Shown here: piece by piece, positions 10,888 through 21,874 of the stretch
Layout of the letters: each line of letters starts with the position of its first letter
Position numbering within the stretch: position 1 is the stretch's first letter
Origin: Thecamonas trahens ATCC 50062
Lineage: Eukaryota; Protista; Apusomonadida
Length of the DNA stretch: 64,000 bases
Assembly (NCBI RefSeq): GCF_000142905.1
Contig: NW_013657666.1
Span: forward strand, 32,752-96,751
Direction: 5' to 3'
Notes under the pieces: model-generated
What the model was told of the DNA's origin: nothing
Seen by the model: the letters and a program-made list of their open reading frames with translations, nothing else
Databases searched by the model: none
Translations under genes and position numbers: made by a program

Positions 10888-11610
10888 GTACGTACCTGGG
10901 TGTCGGGAGGGGATGGAGAGGAGCAGTGGTGGTGTTGGTCTTGGTGGTGGTGGTGGTGGTGGTGGAGGGGGGGGGGGCTGTGCGTCGGTGGTCGTGGCTG
11001 GGAAAGGGGTGCGAAGCATGTGGCTGGGGAACGCCGACATGCGGGCCAAGTTGGGGAAGGAGGGGAGGGGGGAGGGGGTGGAGGGGAGGGAGGGGAGGGA
11101 GGGGGGGAGGGAGGGAAGGGGGTCAGTGGATACAATGTTGATANNNNNNNNNNNNNNNNNNNNNNNNNNNNNNNNNNNNNNNNNNNNNNNNNNNNNNNNN
11201 NNNNNNNNNNNNNNNNNNNNNNNNNNNNNNNNNNNNNNNNNNNGGGAGGGGGGGGAGGGGAGGGAAGGGGGTCATGGATACAATGTTGATAGGTGTGGCT
11301 ACGGCATGGACCCGTGTGGGTGGGTGGGTGGGGAAGGGGAGGGGGAAGAGGGAGGGAGGGGAGGAGGCAAGGAGGCCGAGGAGGGGGAAGACGGAGGGAG
11401 GGAGGGAGGGAGGGAGGGAGGGGGAGGAGACAAGGAAGCAAGGAGGCAAGGAGGCAGGGGGGAGGGGGGGGGGGTGGATTCAGGGATGTAAGGAGGCAGA
11501 CAGGGGGGTAGAGTGGGCGGGCACAAGGTGCAGGCAGACAGACAGACAGACAGAGCAGGCCATGGCGTAACTCATGCGGGGGACGCGGTGGTTGCGGCTG
11601 ATGAGGACAG

Positions 11611-13841
11611 GAAAATCGCGGAGAAGATCAACTCGCTCGCACTCTCGCCGAACCAAGACGCGTACATTCTCAAAATCCGGCTGGAGGAGATTGCGGTGGC
11701 GCTCGAGGCAAAGTACGCGTCGGATCCGCTCGAGCTTGTGCGGGTCATCCTGTACGTGCTCGGCCACGAGCGCGAGATCCTGGAGACCGGCGGAACCAAG
11801 ACCAAGTTTGCCATGCACTCATCGTCGTTCTCGTCAACCTCGTATGGCATGGACGTGTCCAAGCTCAACGACGCCTCGCTCAACGCTGAGATCCAAAAGC
11901 TGCAGGAGCACACGGCCGAGACCGAGGCTGCGCTTGCGCAACTGCTACAGGACCAAGAGTACCTGGTCATCTGGCACCAGGACTGGGACGAGCTCAACGC
12001 TCGGGCCCAGGCCGCGTCGGGCGCGCAGGCCAAGGCACTTGCCGCTGAGTGCCACACCTTGCGTGGGAACATCATGCAGGCACAAGAGGGCATTCTGCGG
12101 ACGCGGCGCGAGATTCTCGAGGCGCATGTCGGCGCCATCACCCACTCGGAGCAGGTCCTCTCTATCCTGCTGGCCAAGCTCAAGCAGTGGAAGGCAGTCC
12201 AGCGAAAGCAGACCATGGACGAGTCCTTCCTCAACGACGTGCTCAACCACATGCAGCTCCAGTTCGAGTCGCTTGCAGACGTATACTGGAACATCCGCCA
12301 CCAGCTCCGCCAGCACGAGGTCCAGCGCGAGCAGCTCGATTGCGGCGACGAGAACGAGTCGGCCGTCTTTGATCAGCTCTCGACCCAGCTCCACGCCCAG
12401 CTCGAGACTCTCCTCCGTGCTTCGTTTGTCATTGTTGAGCAGCCGCCGCAGGTCATGAAGACGTCGACCAAGTTCTCGTCTGCTGCCCGCATTCTCGTCG
12501 GCGGCAAGCTCAACATGCACCTCTCGCCGCCAGAAGTCAACCTTCAACTCGTCAATGAGCCGCAGGCCACCGCGCTCGTCAACGACGACGAGCTCATCGG
12601 AAACTCGGGCGACTTGCTCAACGGCAAGCAGATGATGGCGTACTCCGAGTCGACCCGGACCCTCCAGGCTACCTTTAAGAACCTCTCACTCAAGAAGATC
12701 CGCCGCCACTCGGCCCGCAAGGAGGTGGTGACCGAAGAGAAGCTCGCCCTCATCTTTGTCACCTCGGTCCAGCTCGGCGACCTGACCTACAACCTGTGGA
12801 CCATGTCGGTCCCTGTCGTCGTCATCGTCCACAACAACCAGCTCGTCCGCGCCACCGCCACCGTGTTTTGGGACAACTCATTCGGCAAGACCGACCGCGC
12901 CCTGTGGGAGGTCCCCGACGCCGTCCGCTGGCCCAAGTTTGCTGCCGGTCTCAACCACTTTTTCACCCTCGCCAACGGCCGCCCGCTCACCCCCGACGCC
13001 CTCAACTTTCTCGGCTCCAAGCTCCTCGAGCCCGGCGAGGACACCGTTGAGTGGCGCACCTTTTCCAAGGACAACCTCCGCAACCGCTCCTTCACCTTTT
13101 GGGAGTGGTTCTACGCCATCGTCGAGCTCGTCCGCAAGCACCTCGCCGGCCCCTGGATCGATGGCCTCGTCGTCGGCTTTGTCTCAAAGTCCGCCGCCTC
13201 GGAAGCCCTCATGCACCAGCCACGCGGCACCTTTCTCATGCGCTTTTCAGACTCGGAGCTCGGCGGCGTCTCGGTCTCGTGGAACGTCGTCGACGGCGCA
13301 ACAGGCACGTCCAAAGTCTACAACCTCCAGCCGTGGTTCGAGAAGGACCTCGCCATCCGCTCGCTCCCAGACTGCATCAAGGACCTCGACCAGCTCCGGA
13401 TACTGTATCCGGGCACACCCAAGGACGACGCCTTTGCAAAGTACTACTCGGAGGAAAAGGTTGTCGTCGGCGACGGCGACTACGTCCGCGCCACCATCAA
13501 CGCCGCCATCATCGGTGACGAAGACGCCACAGGTACCCTCGACTCAATCGCCACCAGCTCTACCCTCTCCACCATGGACTTCAACACTGGCTCGCTCGAG
13601 TACGACTCGCTCGCCGCCATCACGGGCTTCCCCATGTCCTCGTACATGGGCGTCGGCCTCGACAGGCCTCGACGTCGGCGGTCCCTCGGGCGTCGCCGTC
13701 TCGGTCCCCATGGCCGTCACCAACCCGCCCCATCTGCCCCAGGACCTCGCCGCCGTGGACTACAACTCTTACGGCGCGCCCGAGGCCATCACCTTTCCCT
13801 CGATGATCGACATCGAGGCTCCGGCGACCATGGATGAGTGA
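11611..13841 (+). CDS. STAT: STAT exon 2 (coiled-coil, DNA-binding, linker, SH2, pTyr tail), STAT5-like; probable frameshift near 13660
   Basis: QPPQVMKTSTKF, ILVGGKLNMH, FKNLSLKKIRR, VTEEK, SVPVVVIVH, FTFWEWF, SH2 GTFLMRFSDSELGG, PKDDAFAKYY and GDYVRA. Branch-like gctgat and gacag acceptor ending at 11610. Confidence 0.95.
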
Positions 13842-13916
13842 CCGCGCGTCACATGGTCTGGCAACATAACATGCACGTCCACTAGCCTGCCGTCCACCGC
13901 CTTCATCCTGCTGTTG

Positions 13917-16900
13917 TTACTCCTCCCAAGCCACTGTCGCACTGTTGCGCCCGCTCTTGACAAGCCGCATTGTGCTGACGCCCGGCTGACGGCCCGATCC
14001 GAGCGCAAGCACCTTGTCGGTTGCACCGGCGGCGTACCGGAACTCGTCGACCACGCCGAGGCCCGGCCCGGTGTACATGTCGTGGCTTACCAGCCGCGCC
14101 ACAAGCTCGACTGCGCCCGGTGTCGAGCCGACCCACGACGAACCGTCGGCAAATCCGATGAGCACAAAGCCATCGCCGACCCGCGAGATCTGGACCGCTG
14201 AGACCTCGGCTACAGCGTGCGAGTCCTTGAGCGTCAGCGACTTGTCGGCCTTGAGCCGAAAGACCTGGTTGACGGAGAGCGCCAGTATGTTGTCGTCGAG
14301 CTTGAAAGACCGGTTGACCTTGGCAAACGCCGCCGAGAACACAACCTCGAGACCGCGTTGTGCCACAGACTTGCACCGCCGTGCCACGTCCACCGAGTCG
14401 CCAACAAGCTCGAGCTCGTCGTCGCTTAGCGTCGCGCCCTTACCCATGCTCGTCAGCACTGTAGCCATTGCGTGTCGCACACGCGTCCGCGGCGTCGCCG
14501 CTTGCGGATCGTCGTTTCGCACAGCCTCGGCGCTGGCCGCGTCTTCCCGTTGGAGGCCTGACGCGAGCCGGCTTCGTCGCTTCCGCTTCCGCCGCCGCTT
14601 GCTCGCGCCGCTGGCAGCCTCGACATCGGCATTCGAGTGCCGCTCGTCGGCCTCGGTCGCGACCTTGTCGCCCTCGCCCTCGCCCCCGCCCCCGCCCTCA
14701 CCCTCGCCCTCGTTCCCGCTCTCGCTCTCACATGTCGACGACGACGAGAAGAGCGAGCCGGTCGATTCCGACTCGCTCTCGTCGCCGGCGACTAGCGCTG
14801 CCTCGACGTCCAAGTCCATCGACTCTAGAAGCTGCTTCGTGAGCGCGAGCGCGGGGGTGCGGACCTGGAGCTCGTGGCGGACCCGAGCGGCCGCCGACGT
14901 TCGCAGCGCCACCACTGCAGGTGTGCTGAGCGCTGGCAGGACATCCAAAAGCGCAAAGTATCCGTCCTGCCAGGCCCGCGCCTCAGCCCGCGCCGCTGCT
15001 GCCGCCGTCTCGGCTCGCTCGCGCTCGTTTTCGGCGGCGCGAAGAGCGGCGGTCGCTCCTTCTTCCGCCGCTCCGGCTGCGGCCTCTTGCTCCGCCAGCC
15101 GCGCACGGACTTCTGCCGCGGCGTCTTCCAACTCGACAATGCGCGCAGCAGCAGCCGCATCGGCAGCCACGCGCTCGGCCGCTACTGCCTCTGCTGCCTG
15201 ACGGGCAGCAGCAAGCTCAGCACCGAGCGCCTGCAATTCGGCGCCAACCGCGGCCTTGGCCTCGGCCGACGGCGCTGACGATGCGGCCAATGCCTCGGCC
15301 GAGTCAGCAGCAAGCGCTACGAGTTCTGCGCGGGCGACCTCGAGCTTGTTAGCGGTTGCTGCCGAGTCAGCAGCAAGCGCTTCGACGCTTGCAAGCACCG
15401 TCTCGATGTCGGCATCGGCCTCAGCACGGACCCGGTCGAGCTCTGTGGCAAACCACTGGGCAGCGTCGGCGGCCGCCTCGCGTGTATGCTCGAGCTCAAG
15501 CTCGACTGCCGCCAGCGCCGCCGCCTGCGCGTTCTTGTCGGCAGCGAGGACCGCAAGCTGAGCGCGGAGCGCGTCTTCGACGCTCGCTGACTCGGCGAGG
15601 CGATGGACAAGCGACTCGTTCTCGGCATGCGCAGCCGCCAACTGGTCGGCAGCGGAAACAAGCGCCGCATCGTGGGTGCTGGACGCATGCGCAAGCGCCA
15701 AATGTGCATCCTCCAGCGCAGACTTGAGCTTGGAGTCGTCGTCGGCGCGTGGCTCGGTAGCACGTGCTTGCGCCGCGTCTGAGAGGGCGGCGGCGGTTGC
15801 GGCCTCGGCCGCTGACAGCGCCCGTTCCTTGTCTGCAATCGCTGCGTTTGCAGCGACCAGCGCGTCCGAGAGCTCTGCAACTCGCGCTGTGGCGCGAGCG
15901 GCGTCCGAGGCGGCAGTGTCAGCGGCGAGCTTGTTGGCGACAAGCTTGCCCGAGAGCGCTGCGAGCGACGCGTACAGCGTGTCCTCGGCCTCAAGCGAAG
16001 TCTGCAGCTGAGCAGAGAGCTCGGCTTCTCGCGCGGCGGCAGTTGCGGCGGCAGCACGGAGTTCGGCCTGTAGGCTGTGGAGTCGCGACTCGAGCTGGGC
16101 CGACGACGACGTGCTTGTCGTCTGGGCCTCAAGGACTGCCATCTCAAGCTTGACCTTGTCGCTCCGCTCGAGCGAGAGCGCGGTTTCTGCGGCGCGAAGC
16201 GCCCTCTGCGCAGCCGAGGCGTCGGCGGCAGCCGTGGCGGCGGCAGCCTCGAGCGCGGCCATTCGTGCGTTGGCGGCAGTGAGCTCGGCAGAGGCGGCGG
16301 CAAAGTCGGCTTCGAGTCGAGACGCGGCAGCGCGGGCATCCAGCGCGTCGCGTGCTGCACGGTCAGCAGCAGCAGCGTTGGCAGCGTCAAGCTTGGCGCG
16401 CCACTCTTGGTTGGCAGCTGCAAGCTTGGCAAACGACGCATCGAGCGAGGCCTGCAGCGCATCCCGCTCATCAGTGAGCTTGGTGATGGTCTGCTGCGCT
16501 TTGGCGAGCGCGGCCGCCGATGCGGCTTCATTGGCGCTGACCGACGCGCCGCGCGCGCGGGCACCGCGCTGCCTATTGGCGGCAGGCTCGAGCTGAGAGT
16601 CAGACACTGTCGGCGGTGGGCGCGGGTCTGGCGGCAGCGGGCGCGAGACGGCCTTGACCTGCGGATTCGCTCGGACAAAGTCCTGCGAAAGGCGCCGAAC
16701 GACAGCCTCCATCTTGACCGCGCGCAAATGCGCAGATGAAAGGTTCGAGTCGGAGAGCATCGGATCAGAGCCATCGCCGGCGGCGCCTCGCGGCGGCGTG
16801 ACAATGGTTGGCGGACGAAGGATGGAGCCACGGCGGCCGGGGCGGGCGGCACGGGCCATGGCGGCCGAGGCCGCCAGCGACTCGAGGGCAGCCGAGTGCG

Positions 16901-17645
16901 GAGTGGCCTTGCGGGCCGCAAGTCTGCGGGCTGCCAGAGACTTTGGAGAGTCAGACGTCGGCGAGCCGAGTGGAGAGCTGGGGGCGGAGGCGGCGTCGGC
17001 GAGGGCGGAGACCGGCTCGCTGGCGACGTACTCTTGGACGACGGCGTCAGAGAAGGAGAGACGCGGCGTGCGGGATGCTGGGGGCTCGGGCTCGCGGCGC
17101 AGCGCCGCGTTGGCCTTTTCCAGCACATCCATGGCATGTAGCTTGACCCGCAGGATCCTGCTCCTGTCGGAGGAGTTGAACTGGCCGTCTTCCCACTCGT
17201 CGTCATCCTCATCGGCGTCATCTGTCGGCGGCGCTGAGAACCGCGACGACGACGATGGCGACCTCGGCGGCGGCACAGCCGGCGGGCCGGCCACAAGATC
17301 CTGTACGGCCTCGGCCATAGCATCTAGCTCTTCCATAGCCGGCGTATCTCTCCGGCGCATCGACCGTCTCGAGCCAACACTTGTCCCCAACGATGCCGAT
17401 GCATCCGATGCGGCGACAGACGCATCAGCCCCAGGCCCGGTACCACTCTGTTCAGCACGATACGCTCTGGCATGCCTCCGACAGAACAGTATGCCGCCTT
17501 CAAACTTAGCCATGGAGAGCTTGAGCTCTTTCTGGCAAGATTGACAATGAAAGCAGTTTTTGTGATAATCGACGGATTTGAAGGTAGTCACATCATCGGT
17601 GATGGCGATACCCTTTCCACAGAGACTACACTCACTCCTTGCCAT
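13917..17645 (-). CDS. LIM domain + long Ala-rich coiled coil + C-terminal myosin-I TH1-like (PH-fold) domain
   Basis: N-terminal CSLC...YHKNCFHCQSC...FCRRH is a LIM domain. C-terminal VVFSAAFAKVNRSFKLDDNILALSVNQVF...ISRVGDGFVLIG resembles Myosin_TH1. Confidence 0.75.
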   Translation of the reverse strand: MARSECSLCGKGIAITDDVTTFKSVDYHKNCFHCQSCQKELKLSMAKFEGGILFCRRHARAYRAEQSGTGPGADASVAASDASASLGTSVGSRRSMRRRDTPAMEELDAMAEAVQDLVAGPPAVPPPRSPSSSSRFSAPPTDDADEDDDEWEDGQFNSSDRSRILRVKLHAMDVLEKANAALRREPEPPASRTPRLSFSDAVVQEYVASEPVSALADAASAPSSPLGSPTSDSPKSLAARRLAARKATPHSAALESLAASAAMARAARPGRRGSILRPPTIVTPPRGAAGDGSDPMLSDSNLSSAHLRAVKMEAVVRRLSQDFVRANPQVKAVSRPLPPDPRPPPTVSDSQLEPAANRQRGARARGASVSANEAASAAALAKAQQTITKLTDERDALQASLDASFAKLAAANQEWRAKLDAANAAAADRAARDALDARAAASRLEADFAAASAELTAANARMAALEAAAATAAADASAAQRALRAAETALSLERSDKVKLEMAVLEAQTTSTSSSAQLESRLHSLQAELRAAAATAAAREAELSAQLQTSLEAEDTLYASLAALSGKLVANKLAADTAASDAARATARVAELSDALVAANAAIADKERALSAAEAATAAALSDAAQARATEPRADDDSKLKSALEDAHLALAHASSTHDAALVSAADQLAAAHAENESLVHRLAESASVEDALRAQLAVLAADKNAQAAALAAVELELEHTREAAADAAQWFATELDRVRAEADADIETVLASVEALAADSAATANKLEVARAELVALAADSAEALAASSAPSAEAKAAVGAELQALGAELAAARQAAEAVAAERVAADAAAAARIVELEDAAAEVRARLAEQEAAAGAAEEGATAALRAAENERERAETAAAAARAEARAWQDGYFALLDVLPALSTPAVVALRTSAAARVRHELQVRTPALALTKQLLESMDLDVEAALVAGDESESESTGSLFSSSSTCESESGNEGEGEGGGGGEGEGDKVATEADERHSNADVEAASGASKRRRKRKRRSRLASGLQREDAASAEAVRNDDPQAATPRTRVRHAMATVLTSMGKGATLSDDELELVGDSVDVARRCKSVAQRGLEVVFSAAFAKVNRSFKLDDNILALSVNQVFRLKADKSLTLKDSHAVAEVSAVQISRVGDGFVLIGFADGSSWVGSTPGAVELVARLVSHDMYTGPGLGVVDEFRYAAGATDKVLALGSGRQPGVSTMRLVKSGRNSATVAWEE

Positions 17646-17963
17646 CTCTTCCTACTTGTCGACCTTGCTATATAGTACTCCTTGACCAATGTGTGTACGA
17701 TCTGTGTAATCCCCTTGCTCTTGCTCTTGCTCTTGCTCTTGCCCTTGATCACCCTCACCCTCACTCTGCCAACCGAGCACCACACCGACAGAGCCAGGTC
17801 ACTCACACACACACGCACACACACACGCACACACGCACACACCCTGGTGACGAAGGTGGTTGTGTGGTGGCCGGTGAAGGGGGGAGGGGGACTCGTGGTC
17901 TCCTCCTGTCCGAGTGAGAGTGAAGTGGTCTTCCCCCCCCCCCCCCCCCCCCCCCGGACGCGC

Positions 17964-20821
17964 ATGGTTCGCATGGAGGGCGCAAAGGGCAGGCGGCTGC
18001 GCAAGGTGGGCCCGGCTCCCGAGGCGGCCACCGGAGACCGGCACGGGGCACGGACCGATGCCATGAGCAGAGACCTCGAAAGCAAGGCTTTGAGCAGCAG
18101 CGACGATTGTGCTAGTCAGTTGGCGGCGGATGATGGTGGTCGCTACGATGGTGCAAACGGCTCTGGTGGTGGCGGCAGCTCTGGTAGCGATGGCGGCTCT
18201 GGCGGTGACGGCAGCTCCGGCAACGACGGTGCCGAGCAGGCCACGCCGCCGACCAAAGCCATGTTCCTCTCCAAGCTCCGGCATCTAGCTATCTCCATCG
18301 TCCTCACTAGTATCGTTATGATCGTGGGCATGGTGCTGTGGGCCGAGGCCGAGGACGACACCAACGCCAATGGCCTGTACCTGGCGTCGGTTGTGCTGAC
18401 CACAATCGGGTTTGGCGACTTGACGCCCAACACCACGACGGGCCGGATGGTCATCATTTTCTACAGCTGTATCGGCCTCGCTGTCGTGGGCTACACCATC
18501 TCATACCTCTCGGACATGTGCGCGTACTCGGTGCAGTCGATCACGACGCGACTCTCATTCGACTCTGCCTTTCTCGGCTCGACCGATGCCTACGTTAAGA
18601 TCCGCCACGCTGACGTGGAGACCGACGTGGTGTTTGCCTCGCTCAATCCCGTCTTTCCGGCACAGACGTTTGACATCGATGCTCTGCCGCTGTGGCGCAA
18701 CCCGGAAAAGGTGTTTTTGTCGGCGAGTTTGTCTCCTCTTCGTCCGAGCTCTCGTACTCGTCTGTCTCGTCCGAACTCTCGTCCTCAGCCGAGGCCGCCA
18801 TGAAGGCTGCGATGCAGGTCGAGCTCTCGCTGACCGAGTTTGACGACAACGCGACGACCCCAGTAGCGACTGCTGACCACCGACGCGCGTTCCGCAAGCA
18901 GCGCCGACAGGCAACCCGACGCGAGCTCTTCCGCCAGTCATCGGCCGGCGACACTGTACCGGTAGTCCACTTTACCGTCATGGACTACGACCGGTTCACT
19001 GCCGACGACTTTATCGGCTCAGTCCAAATCCCGCTCGGTCTTGTGCGCCGGCGGTGGCGGACCTTGTCGCGGCCGATCATTCCCGACGACCACGACCTCG
19101 ACAACGAGCTGCTGGAGGAACTCATCCGCTCGTCGCAACTTGTGGTCCGCCTCCGCTGGGCGTCTGCGGCCAAGAAGACTCTCCAGGTCCAGGTCGTCTC
19201 TGCACACTCGCTTCCCATCATGGATCGTGTCCACTTTCACAAGCTCCTCTCTGCCGCGCTCAATTTTACCAAGGAAGCCGTCCTTGCGCTCATCCTCCTC
19301 GGCATCGTGCTTGCCACCGGCGCTGTCGTCTTCTCACACACCGAGGGCTGGACTCTCTTTGAGGGCTTCTACTTTGCCTTTATCGCCATCTCGACAACCG
19401 GCTACGGCGACTTTGCGCCGACGACCAAGACCGGGCGGGCGGTTTTTGTGCCGTATGCGCTGGCGTCGGTAGCCGTCGCCACCTACGCCATCTCGGTTGT
19501 CCAGCACATGACGACTGCGCACGTCTTCCGCCAGTCGGTCAACGACAAGGCCGGAAGCCACGAGTCGATTTCTGGCCGGCCACTCTCGGACACGGTCGCG
19601 TACTCGCTGCGGTTTACCGAGGCCAAGCTGCGGTCGTCCAAGCTCGGGAAGATCCACCGCAAGGTCGACTCGTGGCTCGCCCGATTACCGCAGGGCGCCA
19701 AGCAGACGATCTTCCTTATCGCCACCATCACCACCTTTATGTCGCTCGGTGCCGTCTTTATGTCGCAGGTTGAGGGCTGGTCCTTTTTCGAGGGCCTCTA
19801 CTTTGCGCTGGTCACTACCTCGACTGTCGGCTACGGCGACTTTTACCCGACCAAGACCTCGTCGCGGATCTTTGTCATGCTCTTTTCGCTCGTAGGGCTC
19901 GGTCTCATGACAACCACGGTGGCGTTTATTGCCCACTCGTCGGTGGAAAAGGCAGTTGCCAACGCCACAACGGCGGTCAACCGCAAGATCCGCCGCTGGC
20001 GAACGATCCACACAGAGGCGCTCCTAGCGCTAAACCGCCGCATCATCAACAACGAGGCCGCCGAGCCGCAGGTCAATGACGTGGTCCACGCCCTCGACTC
20101 GCTCGACGACGGCGACGAGGACGGGCTCCTCGACAACTACGATTTGGATTTGGAGGCGCCCGAGGATGCTGGGCCGCTGCGCGGCGAGCGTGGCGAGGGC
20201 CCGTCGTCCTCGCTCGACCTTCTTGTGCAGCACTTGCTGAAAGTGCTGCTCTCGTTCATCATCTTTGCGGTCCTCTGCTGCGCCGGTGGTCTTGTCTTTT
20301 ACTTGCTTGAGGACCGGGACTCGATCGCCACCTACTTTGAGTCTGTCTACTTTTGCGTCGTCACCCTCACCACCATCGGGCTCGGCGACGTCCTTGTCGA
20401 CAACGTCAACGCGCGCATCTTCCTCATGGTCTACATTGTGTTTGGCCTCGGTGTTTTTGTCTACGCCGTCACCAATCTGCAAAAGTCGTCAATCCTGGCC
20501 TTTGAGCAGGGCTTCCGCACCGTCTTTGTCCGCTACCAAAAGTGGCAGCACGCTATCTACGTCCGCGAGCAAGCCCTCGCCGCGCGAAGAGGCGAGCTGA
20601 GCTTGGATGAGCTCGAGAGCGAATCTGATGCTGCCGGCATGGGCGCCGAGAATCGAGTGCTGGACCGCCGCCCGCCCAGTATGCCCAGGAGTGCGTCGAC
20701 GACCGTCGCTGCTGCAAGAACGCTGGACGACTTGCCGGCCGTGCAATCGGGTGCCAGCCTGCAGCCGTCGGTCTCGCGCTCGACGTCGCGGTCGACCGTC
20801 GGCTCGAGCGTGACAAGGTAA
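17964..20821 (+). CDS. Potassium channel with four 2TM/P (Ion_trans_2) units and an inserted C2 domain; one frameshift at the T5 run ~18714-18718
   Basis: Selectivity filters TTIGFGD (18399), STTGYGD (19391), STVGYGD (19820) and TTIGLGD (20369), each flanked by hydrophobic helices. C2 motifs STDAYVKI, SLNPVF and VMDYDRFTADDFIG. Confidence 0.85.
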
Positions 20822-20865
20822 AAAGCCGCATCCGACCCCCAAGTGGGAAGCGTTCAATGAGTAGG

Positions 20866-21407
20866 CTAGGCGCGGACGATCTTGCGCATCTTCTTCTGCC
20901 GCTTCTTGGCCTCCTGGCGCTCGAGCTTGGCGCGGTAACGCTCCTCCTCCTCCGGCGTCATCTTGGCCATGGCAGCCTCCTGACGGGCCTTTTCGGCGCG
21001 GATACGGGCCAGCTTCTTCTCCTGGATGGCCTCGGCCTTCTCCTCGGGCGTCATAGTGACGGCATTGGCAGCTTCGCGAGCAGCAGCCATGCGCTTGCGC
21101 ATGGACGTCGAGATCCGGATCGCCGGAAGCGCATCCACCAACTCGCCAAGGAGCATGCCGAGAATGGTGGCGTCGGCATCAAGCTCAGCCGGCGGCATCT
21201 TGTACACCATGTGAACAACGGAGCGGTGCTTGAGCGACCACGGCGACTCATCGGTAATGTGGAGGAGCCACATGTAGTTGCTAAAAGTGTTGAAGACGTT
21301 GGTGATCGAGTCGGAGACAACGATGGGCGCAAGGCCGTGGTCCTCGGAAGCAACAACAAACGAATCTGGCAGCTTCCGCAGCTTGCTCGACTTGGTGTAC
21401 GCCTTGA
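20866..21407 (-). CDS. CCDC47: PAT complex subunit CCDC47 (DUF1682), C-terminal part; the rest is in the gap
   Basis: The frame is open from the gap: LPDSFVVASE...LLHITDE, then the C-terminal charged helix KKLARIRAEK...MTPEEEERYRAKLERQEAKKRQKKMRK typical of CCDC47. Confidence 0.75.
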
Positions 21408-21874
21408 NNNNNNNNNNNNNNNNNNNNNNNNNNNNNNNNNNNNNNNNNNNNNNNNNNNNNNNNNNNNNNNNNNNNNNNNNNNNNNNNNNNNNNNNNNNNN
21501 NNNNNNNTCTGGCTGCACCTGACTAGCCCTCCACCCACCCACCCCCACCCACACCATCCCAACCCCCTCCATACACATCCCCTCTCCCCTCCCCTCCCCT
21601 CCCCTCCCCCTCGCCTCCCCTCCCTCCCCTCCCCTCCGCTCCCTCTCGCCAGGTGACGGACATCATCCTCTTGCAACCGGTCTGCAACACATTGGCGTGA
21701 CTTTATTTCCGCAGCCATCACCCCCTCCCCCCTCCCCCCCCTCCCCCTCCCCCCCCCTCCCCCTCCCCTTGTCACACGTGCACGTGTGCTCGCACTTGAT
21801 CTTGCTTCGCTGCTTCGTCGCTGATCCTCCACATCGTCTGCAGTGTTTGCGACTGATTGCTCGACAGGGTCATC

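Noticed and set aside
11100-11300. Direct repeat tggatacaatgttgata on both sides of the N gap, suggesting a mobile element or target-site duplication
   Set aside because: Most simply explained as overlapping contig ends or a collapsed repeat at a gap in a G-rich intron.
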